A stretch of 63,810 nucleotides of DNA, the filler included, from Collodictyon triciliatum (taxonomy: Eukaryota), in NCBI GenBank assembly GCA_043381765.1. It is 6 parts of 6 records of this genome, joined end to end, with 100 filler letters (N's around TTAATTAATTAA, not from the genome) between each part and the next. Parts side by side here need not be neighbours in the genome. Positions count along the whole stretch, not along the records: positions 12,123 to 24,148 come from JBHJMP010002255.1; positions 24,249 to 36,264 come from JBHJMP010002256.1; 4 more parts are not named here. One strand, written 5' to 3'. This document shows, one piece after another, positions 13,585 to 25,102 of this stretch (positions within the stretch are counted from its first letter, which is position 1; each line of letters opens with the position of its first letter). The notes beneath the pieces are model-generated. The model did not search any database and was not told the DNA's origin. It saw only the letters and a program-made list of their open reading frames with translations. A program made the translations under genes and the position numbers.

Positions 13585-16554
13585 ATGCTCGCCTCCAACC
13601 CAGTCTACTACGCCCAACCCGGCTTTGCTCCTGCCGCCACTTTCCCAGCCAGCGGTTTGGCTGCTCGCACTTCGTATGTGGATTCGGCCCCGATCGCGCT
13701 TCCTGTTTCTGCAGCCCCGTCCCAGACACGCGGATTTGCCCAGCCGCAAAACCAGACTCTGCAGCCGCAGTCGTCGATCCCAGCAAGCATGACTCGCCTG
13801 ACCTCTTTTGCCCCAACCGAGGAGGAGAATCCTGCATACCTTGTCCTCAAGCCTGATCTCCGCACTGTTGTTTCGCCTTTCCGTAGAGTGCTCGTTCCTG
13901 AAACCCCGGTCTCGGAGCTCTTTCTGGAGCTGATCGAGCCCTACCACGAGCAAGTACGAGAAGACATTTATGATGAAGTCTTTTTACTCATAAACATTCG
14001 CATTTGTGTATTTGTTTGTGTATTTGTTTGTGTATTTGTTTGTGTATTATGTATGTTTTATTTATGTTTTATTTATGTTTTATTTATGTTTTATTTATGT
14101 TTTATTTATGTTTTATTTATGTTTTATTTATGTTTTATTTATGTTTTATTTATGTTTTATTTATGTTTTATTTATGTTTTATTTATGTTTTATTTATGTT
14201 TTATTTATGTTTTATTTATGTTTTATTTATGTTTTATTTATGTTTTATTTATGTTTTATTTATGTTTTATTTATGTTTTATTTATGTTTTATTTATGTTT
14301 TATTTATGTTTTATTTATGTTTTATGCATGTTTTATTTATGTTTTATGCATGTTTTATGCATGTTTTATGCATGTTTTATGCATGTTTTATGCATGTTTT
14401 ATGCATGTTTTATGCATGTTTTATGCATGTTTTATGCATGTTTTATGCATGTTTTATGCATGTTTTATGCATGTTTTATGCATGTTTTATGCATGTTTTA
14501 TGCATGTTTTATGCATGTTTTATGCATGTTTTATGCATGTTTTATGCATGTTTTATGCATGTTTTATGCATGTTTTATGCATGTTTTATGCATGTTTTAT
14601 GCATGTTTTATGTATGTTTTATGTATGTTTTATGTATGTTTTATGTATGTTTTATGTATGTTTTATGTATGTTTTATGTATCTTTTATGTATCTTTTATG
14701 TATGTTTTATGTATGTTTTATGTATGTTTTATGTATGTTTTATGTATGTTTTATGTATGTTTTATGTATCTTTCTATTCATTATTCACCATCCTGACGGA
14801 GATGAAAGCAATCTTAATGCATCTAAACCCCAACACAATTCACCATCTTCGCACAGAACCAGCAGCCCTAACCATTGCACTATATTCACACACAGCTGGC
14901 CATGGTAGACGCATCAACTGGCCACCAAGTCAAGTACGGACAACTGGCCAGCGGCATCCGCCGTGTTGCTTCCTCCCTCTTCAACCGCGGCGTCCGCCAA
15001 GGCGATGTCATCGCTATCCTTGCGCCAAACATCCCCGAATATCCTGTCGTGGCCCATGCGGCTTGGCTCTATGGCGCAGTTGCCACCACACTCGACCCGG
15101 AGTGGACGGACGACGAACTTCTGGCCCAACTGAGGGACCTCCAAGTCCGCTTTGTCTTCACCATCCCCGCCCAGGCCGACCGCATTTCCGCCCTTTGGTC
15201 CCGTCTCATCGCTGAGCCTGGAAGCTTCCCGCGCGAGTGGGCTAATATTTTTGTCTTTGGCCGTCCAGAAGCCGGCTCTGGGCATACCATGTTCTCAGAC
15301 CTGCTTAAGAGCGAGTCGCTGTTTCCCGACCACACCGTAGACCCGCATAATCAAGTTGCTGCCGTCTTCTACGTCAAGGATGCACAGGGAAGCATCCGCG
15401 GTATGGAGTTTACTCACTACAATCTGACAGCAGCCATCGTGCAGGCCTTGGCTTACGATGACATTAGCTCCCAAGACCATCTCTTTGCTACGATTCCATT
15501 CCACAGCATCGTGGGCCTCAACATTCAGCTGAATGTGGCTCTTGCCCGCGGTGTCACGGTAGTGGTGGTTTCTGGTATTTTGGGAAGCTCTCTTCGCTCT
15601 GTCTTGGACCAGTATCAGATCACCCGTCTCTATGCAAGCAAACTTGATCTGGTCCAGAATGTGCGCTCTGTGTTTGGCTCAGGGCTTTATCTCAAGTGTC
15701 TCGTCTTTGCCGGAGCCGAGGCAGCCTCGAAAGACGTCCAGCAGCTGGAGGATACGCTCGGCATTAATGTCCGCCAGCTCTTCGGTATCTCAGAGTCTAT
15801 TGTGACCCATGCGGTCTTGAAGGGCTCAGCCATCGACCATATTGCTAGCACCGGTGCTCCGGAAGGCTCAATAGGCCAACTTTTACCAAATGTTGAAGCC
15901 CTCGTTCTGGATAACCGCACCGGCTGCCCGTGCCCCGCCAACTTTATTGGAGGTTAAGCATCTATCCTTCTTTTTTTTTTCCGAAGCAAACAAATACTCA
16001 TTTTTCTTTGTATTAAAAAAATGCTTATTTTTCCAGAGAAATGTGTGATAATGGAATAGACATTTTACTAACCAGTTGTCTCTATAGAACTATTGATTCG
16101 TGCGCCGCAATGCTGCTCAGGTGTTTATCATAATTAAATTTATCCATTTCGTGTGAATAATTTGCTTTGAGTCTGCTCTGATATAATCTTGCCGAAGAAA
16201 CAATAAGCAGACGATAGAACCATTTGCATCGTTTTGGATTGAATTTCTCGATTTCAGTAATTCAGCTCTTATGTAATTCATGTTTTATCTGCCTCTAAAT
16301 GTGCAGGATATGTGAAGCCCGAAACAGCACCAAAGGTGGACCCTGATGGCTGGATTCGCACTGGATTGCTTGGTTAGATGTTAATTTATTTATTATTATT
16401 ATTTTAAGGAGAGAAATAAGACAAGGGTGGAGAAATGTATATAGACCTGTCAGTTTGCTTGTCTTAAAAAACAGCATTTTGAACTGACCCAAAATACTTT
16501 AATTCAGGATTCTACGACAAGAAGGGTTTCTTCTATGTACGCAAGGCAAACTAA
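13585..16554 (+). CDS. 4-coumarate-CoA ligase/luciferase-like AMP-binding (ANL) protein with degenerate catalytic motifs; 5 exons
   Basis: Exons 13585-13953 and 14896-15952 plus three short exons (ELLIRAPQCCS / GYVKPETAPKVDPDGWIRTGLL / GFYDKKGFFYVRKAN*). GVRQGDVIAILAPNIPEYPVV, IPFHSIVG and GSIGQLLPNVEA are 4CL-like. Confidence 0.82.
14046..14770 (+). repeat. Intronic 11-bp minisatellite in three variant blocks
   Basis: TTTATGTTTTA units, then TGCATGTTTTA units, then TGTATGTTTTA units, inside intron 13954-14895. Confidence 0.95.
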
Positions 16555-16929
16555 ACCCCAGAGACATCCGTTCCCTGGTTTTCATTCATCCGCTCATTGC
16601 TTGGAAGAAACGATTAAAAAAATAAAAAGGGGAAACCCCCAAGAACTTATAAAAACTGACGAGGAAACACTCATCCTTGGAGCTCATGATGTTTGCATCC
16701 AATTATCTTTGTTAATTGCTGGCACATCACTTTATGACAAGGCGCAGTTTTGTAGCAACACACCTTTGCGCGTCTGAAGTGGGAAAAAACTCAACCCCGT
16801 CAGTGAGAAACGTCATCATAAGTTCCACATTAAGATTTTATCCTGAAGTGTCTTTATTCATTGAATGCTCTGTGAATTCGGTCAGTCAGTTTCTGTCTTG
16901 ATCTGCCATTTGGGTCGTCAACAAAGAGT

Positions 16930-18421
16930 GCATGGAATGTCAAGTAAGCGGGACATCCCGCGCTATGATTTTCTACGACCTTGAGAAAGCATACGACTAT
17001 GTGAACCACGAAGCACTGGAAACCATCCTACACAAAAGAGGCTTCTGTACCGGATTCACCAGTCTTATCAAGAAACTGCACGACAATCCAACAGCAAGGG
17101 CACTCACAGCACACGGACCTACGGATGCAATTCAAAGACAGAGCGGTGTGTATCAAGGCTGCCCACTTGCACCACTGCTCTTCAACTTTGTCGCTGACTG
17201 TCTCGCAAACCACTTCCGAAACGAAAACAAGGCCCGCAACCAACTGCTACTTTAATACGCAGACGACACAGCATTCATCTTGCGGTATCCTGAAGGCGCC
17301 ACACTCGCCAACAAATGCATGCAAGAATACACACGAGCTGTCGGCGGGAAAATCAACTACGACAAGATAGATGGAATTCTTTTTGGGTTTCAGGATGGAC
17401 TTATGTTTCCAGAAACATTGTGTGGAAGTCACCGTCACATCCACTCAAGTATCTTGGTATCATATTCGGTCCACAATCGGATAGCAAATGGACAAGCCTG
17501 GTTGAGGACATCAAGTCGAAAATATCAGTGTGGAGCAACTTTCATCTCTCGGACGTGGGGAAAGTAACGTTGTGGAACCAAGTGATACTATCGACTCTTA
17601 TCTACAACATGATAGGCACTTTGCTGAATCTCAAGAGGCTGAAGGAGCTGGACGACATCTGCCGCAACTTCATCACTATGAATAATCAAAAAATATAAAG
17701 CTGGAAGCAAGCCCGCACATCTCAGCTACTACCGAAACACCGCGCCCTACTGCTCAATATCTCCAACAGGAACTGTGGATAAGTGTGCGCTTGTAGTCCG
17801 TGCAGCAACGACTTCTCCAGAATGCATCATGTGCCATAGTGGAGATGACTCTATCGAACACACATTTGTGAAGTGCTCCCTGGCTCAAAAAGTGACAGAG
17901 TCTACCCACAAGATGCTCTCTGAGCTTGATTATGCTCCCAGCTGTCTCAGTGCGTCTGACATTCTGTTTGGCCCACAATACCAAATGACCCACGACTCTA
18001 GAATACTCTGGACAGTCACAAGGGGACATATGCTGTGGTCCCTATGGAGTGTGCGCGCATTCTCTCGCTCTAATGATTCACCCGAACGAGAAATCAATGT
18101 ATCCATGCTTGAGAGCCTCGTACAATACAGCTTCCTGAACAGTCTGCTGAAACACGCCCGCATTCTTCGCTACTCTGACTGCAAGCGAAGAGAGATGTGG
18201 GAATGTGTCGTAAGATATCTCCCACAGCATATCCAATCACTACTACCCACACAACCAATCAACCAGTCGGGACACCCACCCGACCAACTCGCTATCACTG
18301 ATTTCTTTCCGGTGCTACCCTCTCCACAGTAGCATCTTCTCTTACTCACGTTTGCTCTTACTCACGTTTGCTCCCATCCCGCCCCTTTGTATGGCATAAC
18401 CTCGCTATACTTTGAATATAA
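16930..18421 (+). mobile_element. 5'-truncated, decayed L1/Tx1-type LINE (RT domains, C-terminal CCHC finger, 3' UTR)
   Basis: DLEKAYDYVNH, GVYQGCPLAPLLF, a TAA immediately before YADD, KYLGIIF after a frameshift, and CIMCHSGDDSIEHTFVKC. The 3' end matches 24249-24525. Confidence 0.92.
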
Positions 18422-18650
18422 TGGGCAAGGGTGGAGGATTATATTTGTGGCCGTCATGAATTAGACCCTTAACCTCCTTAAATGTCTTGGGTAGTGTCCT
18501 CTCCAAGTGTTATTCTGAATGCGTAGGTCAGTTTTTGAAGAAAAAATTATTACAATCAAACATGACAAAGAATAGCTTGCATTTATTTGTTTATGGGTCA
18601 TATGCAGATCTTAGTCATGGTTTCTATTGTGTTTGGTGTCGCACGAACGT

Positions 18651-19152
18651 CTAGAACATTAACCCAGCTTCATTCAGGATAGAGATGAGTAGGAACAGGA
18701 TATAGTATCCAACAAGGAAATATCCAAGATATTTTGGCGACTTCCATTTGTTGTACCAGACAACTGCCAAGGTGATGACCAGGCACACTGTTTGTGTTTC
18801 GATGATTTAAAATAATGATGTCTACCTTTTAATAATATTAAATGAATTAATAACGAATGAATGTGGAATCATACGAAACAAGGAGATGAATGTGATGATA
18901 TTTCCAGACGCCATACTGAAAGTGAACGGAGAATCCTGTAAGCAACCATCAGTTATATGTGAGAATAGAATTGGGCTGTGCATCATGTCATCTAAAACTT
19001 AATCAAGTGACATCGTATTCTAAATCTTACGTCAATTGTGGTGATAAGGAGGGTAATCCCCATTCCGAAGCATATGTCTTTATCGTGTTAAGGTGCAGGT
19101 TTTGAATTTGAAATATTATCTGAGCAAGACTTGAGTCTTAGGTTATTGCTGC

Positions 19153-19202
<50 letters not shown>

Positions 19203-22200
19203 NNNNNNNNNNNNNNNNNNNNNNNNTTATTATTATTATTATTATTATTAAAAAGTATACGCGAGAAAAGTTAATCATCGTTTAGGATACTAAATAAAGG
19301 TCCAGCGAAGCAAGCGGTGACTGAAATCTGGGTTTCTCCATTAAGAGCGACTGATATGTTGGAGACAAGGTCGCCTATGCTGTTTCCCCACGCAAGAACC
19401 GTAATTCCCAGAATAGCGTTGCTAATCCCAAGTGTCAATCCAAGAGCCTATGCAAAACATTGCATAAACTATCCTGCATGGGTGGATATATTGAAAAGCC
19501 ACAAAGACGAGATTGAAACAATTCTATGATTTGGGTAACCTGCAGTATGGACACAATCATGTTGGCGCTGATGTAAATCCACATAACAGACATGGCAAAT
19601 GCCCCAAAAATAAATACCTATTTCGTTTATATCGTTATTCGATGAAAGTATATGAAATTTGAATATCAAAAGAAATATTTATTTTCAGAGTTAAAATAAT
19701 GCTACTACCGATTGGTACATGGTTTTCTTGGGAACAGAATCCTTCGGCACAGTAAAGTAAACTATCGCTGACAGGATGGGTCCGATTATGATGACAAGGT
19801 AGATTGCCAGAAAATCTCCAGAAATGGGTGCGGTGAACATATTTTCCCCTGTAAAGAATATTATGTAAGCAATGAGGTGAATATGAGACACTGTTATGGT
19901 AAAATACCTTCTATTCCAAATAGAAAAAGCAAAGATCCGAATGTTGGGAATGCAGCAGCTCGGTTCCTGTCCCAGTCATATTTACGGCACGGAGGGATAG
20001 AATAGTTTCTTGCAAGGATCGTTGGGTACGTGAACACGAAAACTACGAGTGAAATAAAAAAAAACATGTGATAATTAGTTAAGTTCTAACAAAAAAAAAA
20101 ATTCGGTTTTATGATATCAAGAAGACAAAAAACAAAATGAATGAGAGGAAGGGAGTGAGAACCGGGGTATGAAAGAGGAAGGGTATATAAATAGCAAATT
20201 TTGGATTAAATAGTATGCACGGTCTGTTTTGACACTTATCCCACTTACTTATCTTCATAAGCAATGACTTTTCGCTCCATGGCTTGTCATCCTCATCCTC
20301 ATCTTCATCAAGATCGTATTCAGAGCTTGGGATATACATCACGATACAAATCAATACTTTGGCGAATCGCTTAAAAGAAATTACTTTTCACATAAATTAG
20401 TCAAGTATTTCAGTACCTTATTCTCTTTCCACTTTCTGAGCCTATATTTTTATTTTTGGTATGTGAGAGTTATGTAGTCGTTTTTTTTNNNNNNNNNNNN
20501 NNNNNNNNNNNNNNNNNNNNNNNNNNNNNNNNNNNNNNNNNNNNNNNNNNNNNNNNNNNNNNNNNNNNNNNNNNNNNNNNNNNNNNNNNNNNNNNNNNNN
20601 NNNNNNNNNNNNNNNNNNNNNNNNNNNNNNNNNNNNNNNNNNNNNNNNNNNNNNNNNNNNNNNNNNNNNNNNNNNNNNNNNNNNNNNNNNNNNNNNNNNN
20701 NNNNNNNNNNNNNNNNNNNNNNNNNNNNNNNNNNNNNNNNNNNNNNNNNNNNNNNNNNNNNNNNNNNNNNNNNNNNNNNNNNNNNNNNNNNNNNNNNNNN
20801 NNNNNNNNNNNNNNNNNNNNNNNNNNNNNNNNNNNNNNNNNNNNNNNNNNNNNNNNNNNNNNNNNNNNNNNNNNNNNNNNNNNNNNNNNNNNNNNNNNNN
20901 NNNNNNNNNNNNNNNNNNNNNNNNNNNNNNNNNNNNNNNNNNNNNNNNNNNNNNNNNNNNNNNNNNNNNNNNNNNNNNNNNNNNNNNNNNNNNNNNNNNN
21001 NNNNNNNNNNNNNNNNNNNNNNNNNNNNNNNNNNNNNNNNNNNNNNNNNNNNNNNNNNNNNNNNNNNNNNNNNNNNNNNNNNNNNNNNNNNNNNNNNNNN
21101 NNNNNNNNNNTTAAAACTTCCAAGTACGTTTGGCACAGTATAAATACCTTCTCGTTGATTGTAGAAATGAAAAGAGCCAGAACACCGACAATACACATGG
21201 AAATATCACGAACAAACGATTGGGGCGCTACATATAAGTCTGATACAATTGTGACGCCACCAAAAACAAGTGCGACCACAAAATGCCCGGCCCCTTAAAA
21301 AGAAATTTCATAAACTTGTCAGTGCAACTTAAAAAAAATAATCATCGAGATAAATAAAAGTTGTAATTCGTTTTTATCTTAGATTTTCGTTCGTATGTAC
21401 GTATAGACAAGGACCTAACAATCCCCCTAGAGCGATATCCATATCATCAGAAGAGAGTGATGCAAATATAGAGAAAATATTGGGGGCTCCGTTTCCAAAA
21501 GCCAAGAATGTCACACCCTAGGACAAAATGATGCGAGTTTTATCCAATAGAAATGATTACAATATTCACAACGCCATTAAAATTTTTACCATCACGTCAT
21601 ATGGAAGCTTTAGAAACTTGGAAATTCGTATTAGAGCTGGCGAGAAGTAGATGCCGCCGATTGTCCCAAGCACATAGAAAAGGATTCCCAGGAGGAAAAG
21701 CTAGTGATTATAATCAGAATGCAAGATCTAATTATGTAAGGGCGATATTTTTTTTTTATTATGAACAAGTGGAGACTCTGTTACGAAAACATGTGAGTTA
21801 GAGATTAATACATAGTTGAGTAGAATGGTATATTTGGAATTGACTGGGATCAAAGTTGACTGAGTTATAGAAAAGAAAAGGGTACCGCGAATATCATCAC
21901 GATGGGGTCAGGGATATCGCCCTTCATGTCGCAGTAATACAGCTCCAGAAAATCAACGGGCTTACCAATATCCCCACAAAACACCCGAACATACTCGCAT
22001 GGATCGTTCTGGTAATTGAAAGCAAGTTAATGAAAATAAGAGAACTAACCCCACGAAATAAGGCCCAACCTTCTAGCTGTTTGCTATGAAGCAAGATTAC
22101 AGCAAAAGCAAGAGGTATTGAAAGTATCATACGCCCTCCACGACCGAATCGTTTCAGTTGAGAGACTTTGGGGGTTGACAAAAGAAGGAGAGGCTGAGTA

Positions 22201-22645
22201 CAAACCGATCCGTTGGGGTTGTCGCACTCATCATTGTCATACTCGCCCATCTTTAGAATCCCTTTGAAAGAGCCGAATGAGTAAGTAAGAGAATATATCA
22301 ATAAGGCATGTCAATGGCAAAGGGTTGGCACATGGATCAGTGCTGTAAGAAGCATTCAGGCAGGACGAGGCAAGACACTCCCAAACCTGGAGCAACATGC
22401 TGCCAGGTGGACTGAGTTTCGTTCGTGTTCATTCTAACCGAGGACTTTGCCTTGTCCTTAAGATCGAAGGACAGCGGAGCAGCAGCAGTGTTTCTATGCT
22501 TCTCGGTGCGGGGTGCAAACATCAAAACCAGCGAGACAACGACGAGTATAGTAAAGACTTTCGTTGCGTGCCACTCCAACGAGCGTCGGGAGCGGCGAGT
22601 GCTTCCTTGCATCATTCCGGAGCCGGCTATTATTGGATGAGGCAT
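18651..22645 (-). CDS. Cation/Ca2+ exchanger, CCX/NCLX (SLC8B1-like) family; multi-exon, spans a gap
   Basis: Alpha-1 repeat GVTFLAFGNGAPNIFSIFAS (~21460-21520) and alpha-2 repeat LGITVLAWGNSIGDLVSNISVALNG (~19340-19430). C-terminus ...LISILNEAGLMF* at 18651. Start codon is tentative. Confidence 0.88.
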
Positions 22646-24148
22646 GTCAGTAACTTTGGGGCTTGAGAAAGTTGGATGCTCTGGTCTTTGTTGAGGGGCT
22701 ATGGAGTTTAGTAGAAGGAAGTAAAAAAAAATTGTGAATAGAAGCAACATTCCAGCGTTGGGTGGTGATAAGAAGACCAATAGTACTGACAGATCATGAG
22801 GAAAGAGTGAGGGATTTTTGTTGAAGAGGAGAGAAGATGATCGGGACTAGTGGTAGGTAGTTCTGATGTCTTGTGTATGGGGTATAGCTGTTTGAGCGTT
22901 CTGTTTCAATAAATGCCATCCAGTGACTTGGACTTTGGTTCCATCCTCCCTCAATACTATTTTTTCGTTTCCCTGTCTAAAAATAGAGGGAGGGAAAAAG
23001 AAAAAAGGCGAAACGAAAGACTTTGTTGCCCCCAGGTGGTTTGCTCTCAATGGGTCCCCTCCCAGACACTATGGGCATACTGGCTTTGAGTGCCTCAGAG
23101 TGTACCATGTCTCATTTCCACACTTTTCTTTTAAAAATAGTTATATACTAAAAAAAAAAAAAAATTATTGCTCTTCAAAGGTGAAAGCAGGCATTTTCTT
23201 TTCCTTTTTTCCTGCTCTTTCATGAAAGAACCCGTGAATCTTTGTCATTGCGTTGGGCTTTCTCCCAGTGGCACTATAAGCCTCGGGTCACAATGTCAAC
23301 TGCACTTGGTTGACAGCGACGTTGCGCCAAAAAGCATGGCATTCTGGTGTGGGAAACTTGGTCGAGTATGGAAATGAGCCACAAGTGGGTTCTTGCAAGT
23401 GCATTTGACGTAAAATCTCCTAAATTGTAAAAGGGCGGAACTGACGTGCTCCCCAACCAGAATCTGCAGACAGGCGATTGTGTGTCGGTGTGACGCCACG
23501 CGACGCAAGTCTTGCTGTTTGAAAAAGGGCGAGAAGCACCGCATGCGTGGCGTATCGCAATTGTTGTGGGAAATTGGTGTCTTTCATTAATTCTGGTTTG
23601 GGTGCGTTCCGTTTCTTTTCTTTTTTGTTTTCTTTTATAGTTTTTTGTAATTTTTTGTTTTGATCTGTTTTGTTATGTTTTGATCTGGTCTTCTGTTGCT
23701 GGTTAGTTTGTTTATTTCTGGGCTAGTCTTCATCTTTCCAAGGCTGAGGCACGGCGACAAACTACATGTAAGACGGCGCAGTGGGTTGGACACCATAAAA
23801 GTTTCCTGGAGCAGGATTCCCTTGACCTCGGTACTATTTGTGTATTTTTAAATGCATATAATTGTTGATAAAAAAAAAAAAAAGGGAGGGCGAGCTATGT
23901 CGCAAGAATAAAATGTGATTGACATAAACGAGGATATTTAACATTCATTACTTCATTGTATTCATTTGGTTTCTATGTATGTGTCTTTTTTTTATTTTGA
24001 TTATGATTGTTGTTTGTTGTTTGTTTGTTGTTTGTTTGTTGTTTGTTTGTTGTTTGTTTGTTGTTTGTTTGTTGTTTGTTTGTTTCTTTGTTTGTTTTTT
24101 TTTTGTTTGTTTTTTTTTTTGTTTTTTTTTTTGTTTTTTTTTTTTTTT

Positions 24149-24248
24149 NNNNNNNNNNNNNNNNNNNNNNNNNNNNNNNNNNNNNNNNNNNNTTAATTAA
24201 TTAANNNNNNNNNNNNNNNNNNNNNNNNNNNNNNNNNNNNNNNNNNNN
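24149..24248. other. Artificial scaffold linker
   Basis: TTAATTAATTAA at 24193-24204 between N runs. Confidence 0.95.
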
Positions 24249-24525
24249 TCGCATTCTTCGCTACTCTGACCGCAAGCGAAGAGAGATTTGGGAATGTGTC
24301 GTGCGATATCTCCCACAGCATATCCAACCCCTGCTACCCACGCAACCAATCTACCAGTTGGGACGCCCACCTGACCAACCCGCTATCACTGATTTCTTTC
24401 CAGTGCTAGCCTCTCCACGGTAGTGTCTTCTCTTACTCACGTTTGCTCTCTCCCATGCGCTCCCATCCCGCCCCTTTGTATGGCATAACCTCGCTACACT
24501 TTGAATCGAATAAGGGAAAAAAAAA
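24249..24525 (+). mobile_element. 3' end of a second copy of the same LINE family, with A-rich tail
   Basis: Near-identical to ~18159-18417 (cgcattcttcgctactctgac...cccgcccctttgtatggcataacctcgcta) and ends ttgaatcgaataagggaaaaaaaaa. Confidence 0.93.
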
Positions 24526-25102
24526 TCCTCATGGGGTATCCAAATGAAAGATAGTGCGAAAAAAAGACGGGGTTGTGTTGAGATATGCAGAGAAGATGAT
24601 GGTTTCACAAACAATAAAATAACGTAAAAAAAGATTTATTAACCGGCTGCAAACATGAACTCAGTCACGTCATTTTGATGTAAAAAAAAAAAAAGGACAT
24701 TGATGACGCTTGCAAGGATTTCATCGCATATAAACCACCGTTTTGGCATGTATGAAGTGAACCATATAATACAATCATTTAGAAACGTTGATATGTACAC
24801 TAAAAATAACTGCCATGATTATTACTCCTATGAGTTAAACCGGTTCATTCTCACAAATCACATTTTTTTTGTTATATTTTACAGGTTTACAATCCAACGA
24901 CACATTAATGAATCAGCTTTTTGATTACTTTCAACGACTAGTTCACTGACTTTTGCTTATATTCGATTGGTTTTGTATTCATCTGGTTCATGGGAAGTCG
25001 CATTTTTTTTGTAAATGTTGTTTTGCTAGATCAGTAAAAGAAAAGAAAAGAAAAGAAAAGAAAAGAAAAGAAAAGAAAAGAAAAGAAAAGAAAAGAAAAA
25101 AG

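Noticed and set aside
14004-15215. Long ORFs of repeating FMFYLCFIYVL / FYACFMHVLCM
   Set aside because: Translations of the stop-free intronic 11-bp minisatellite, not proteins.
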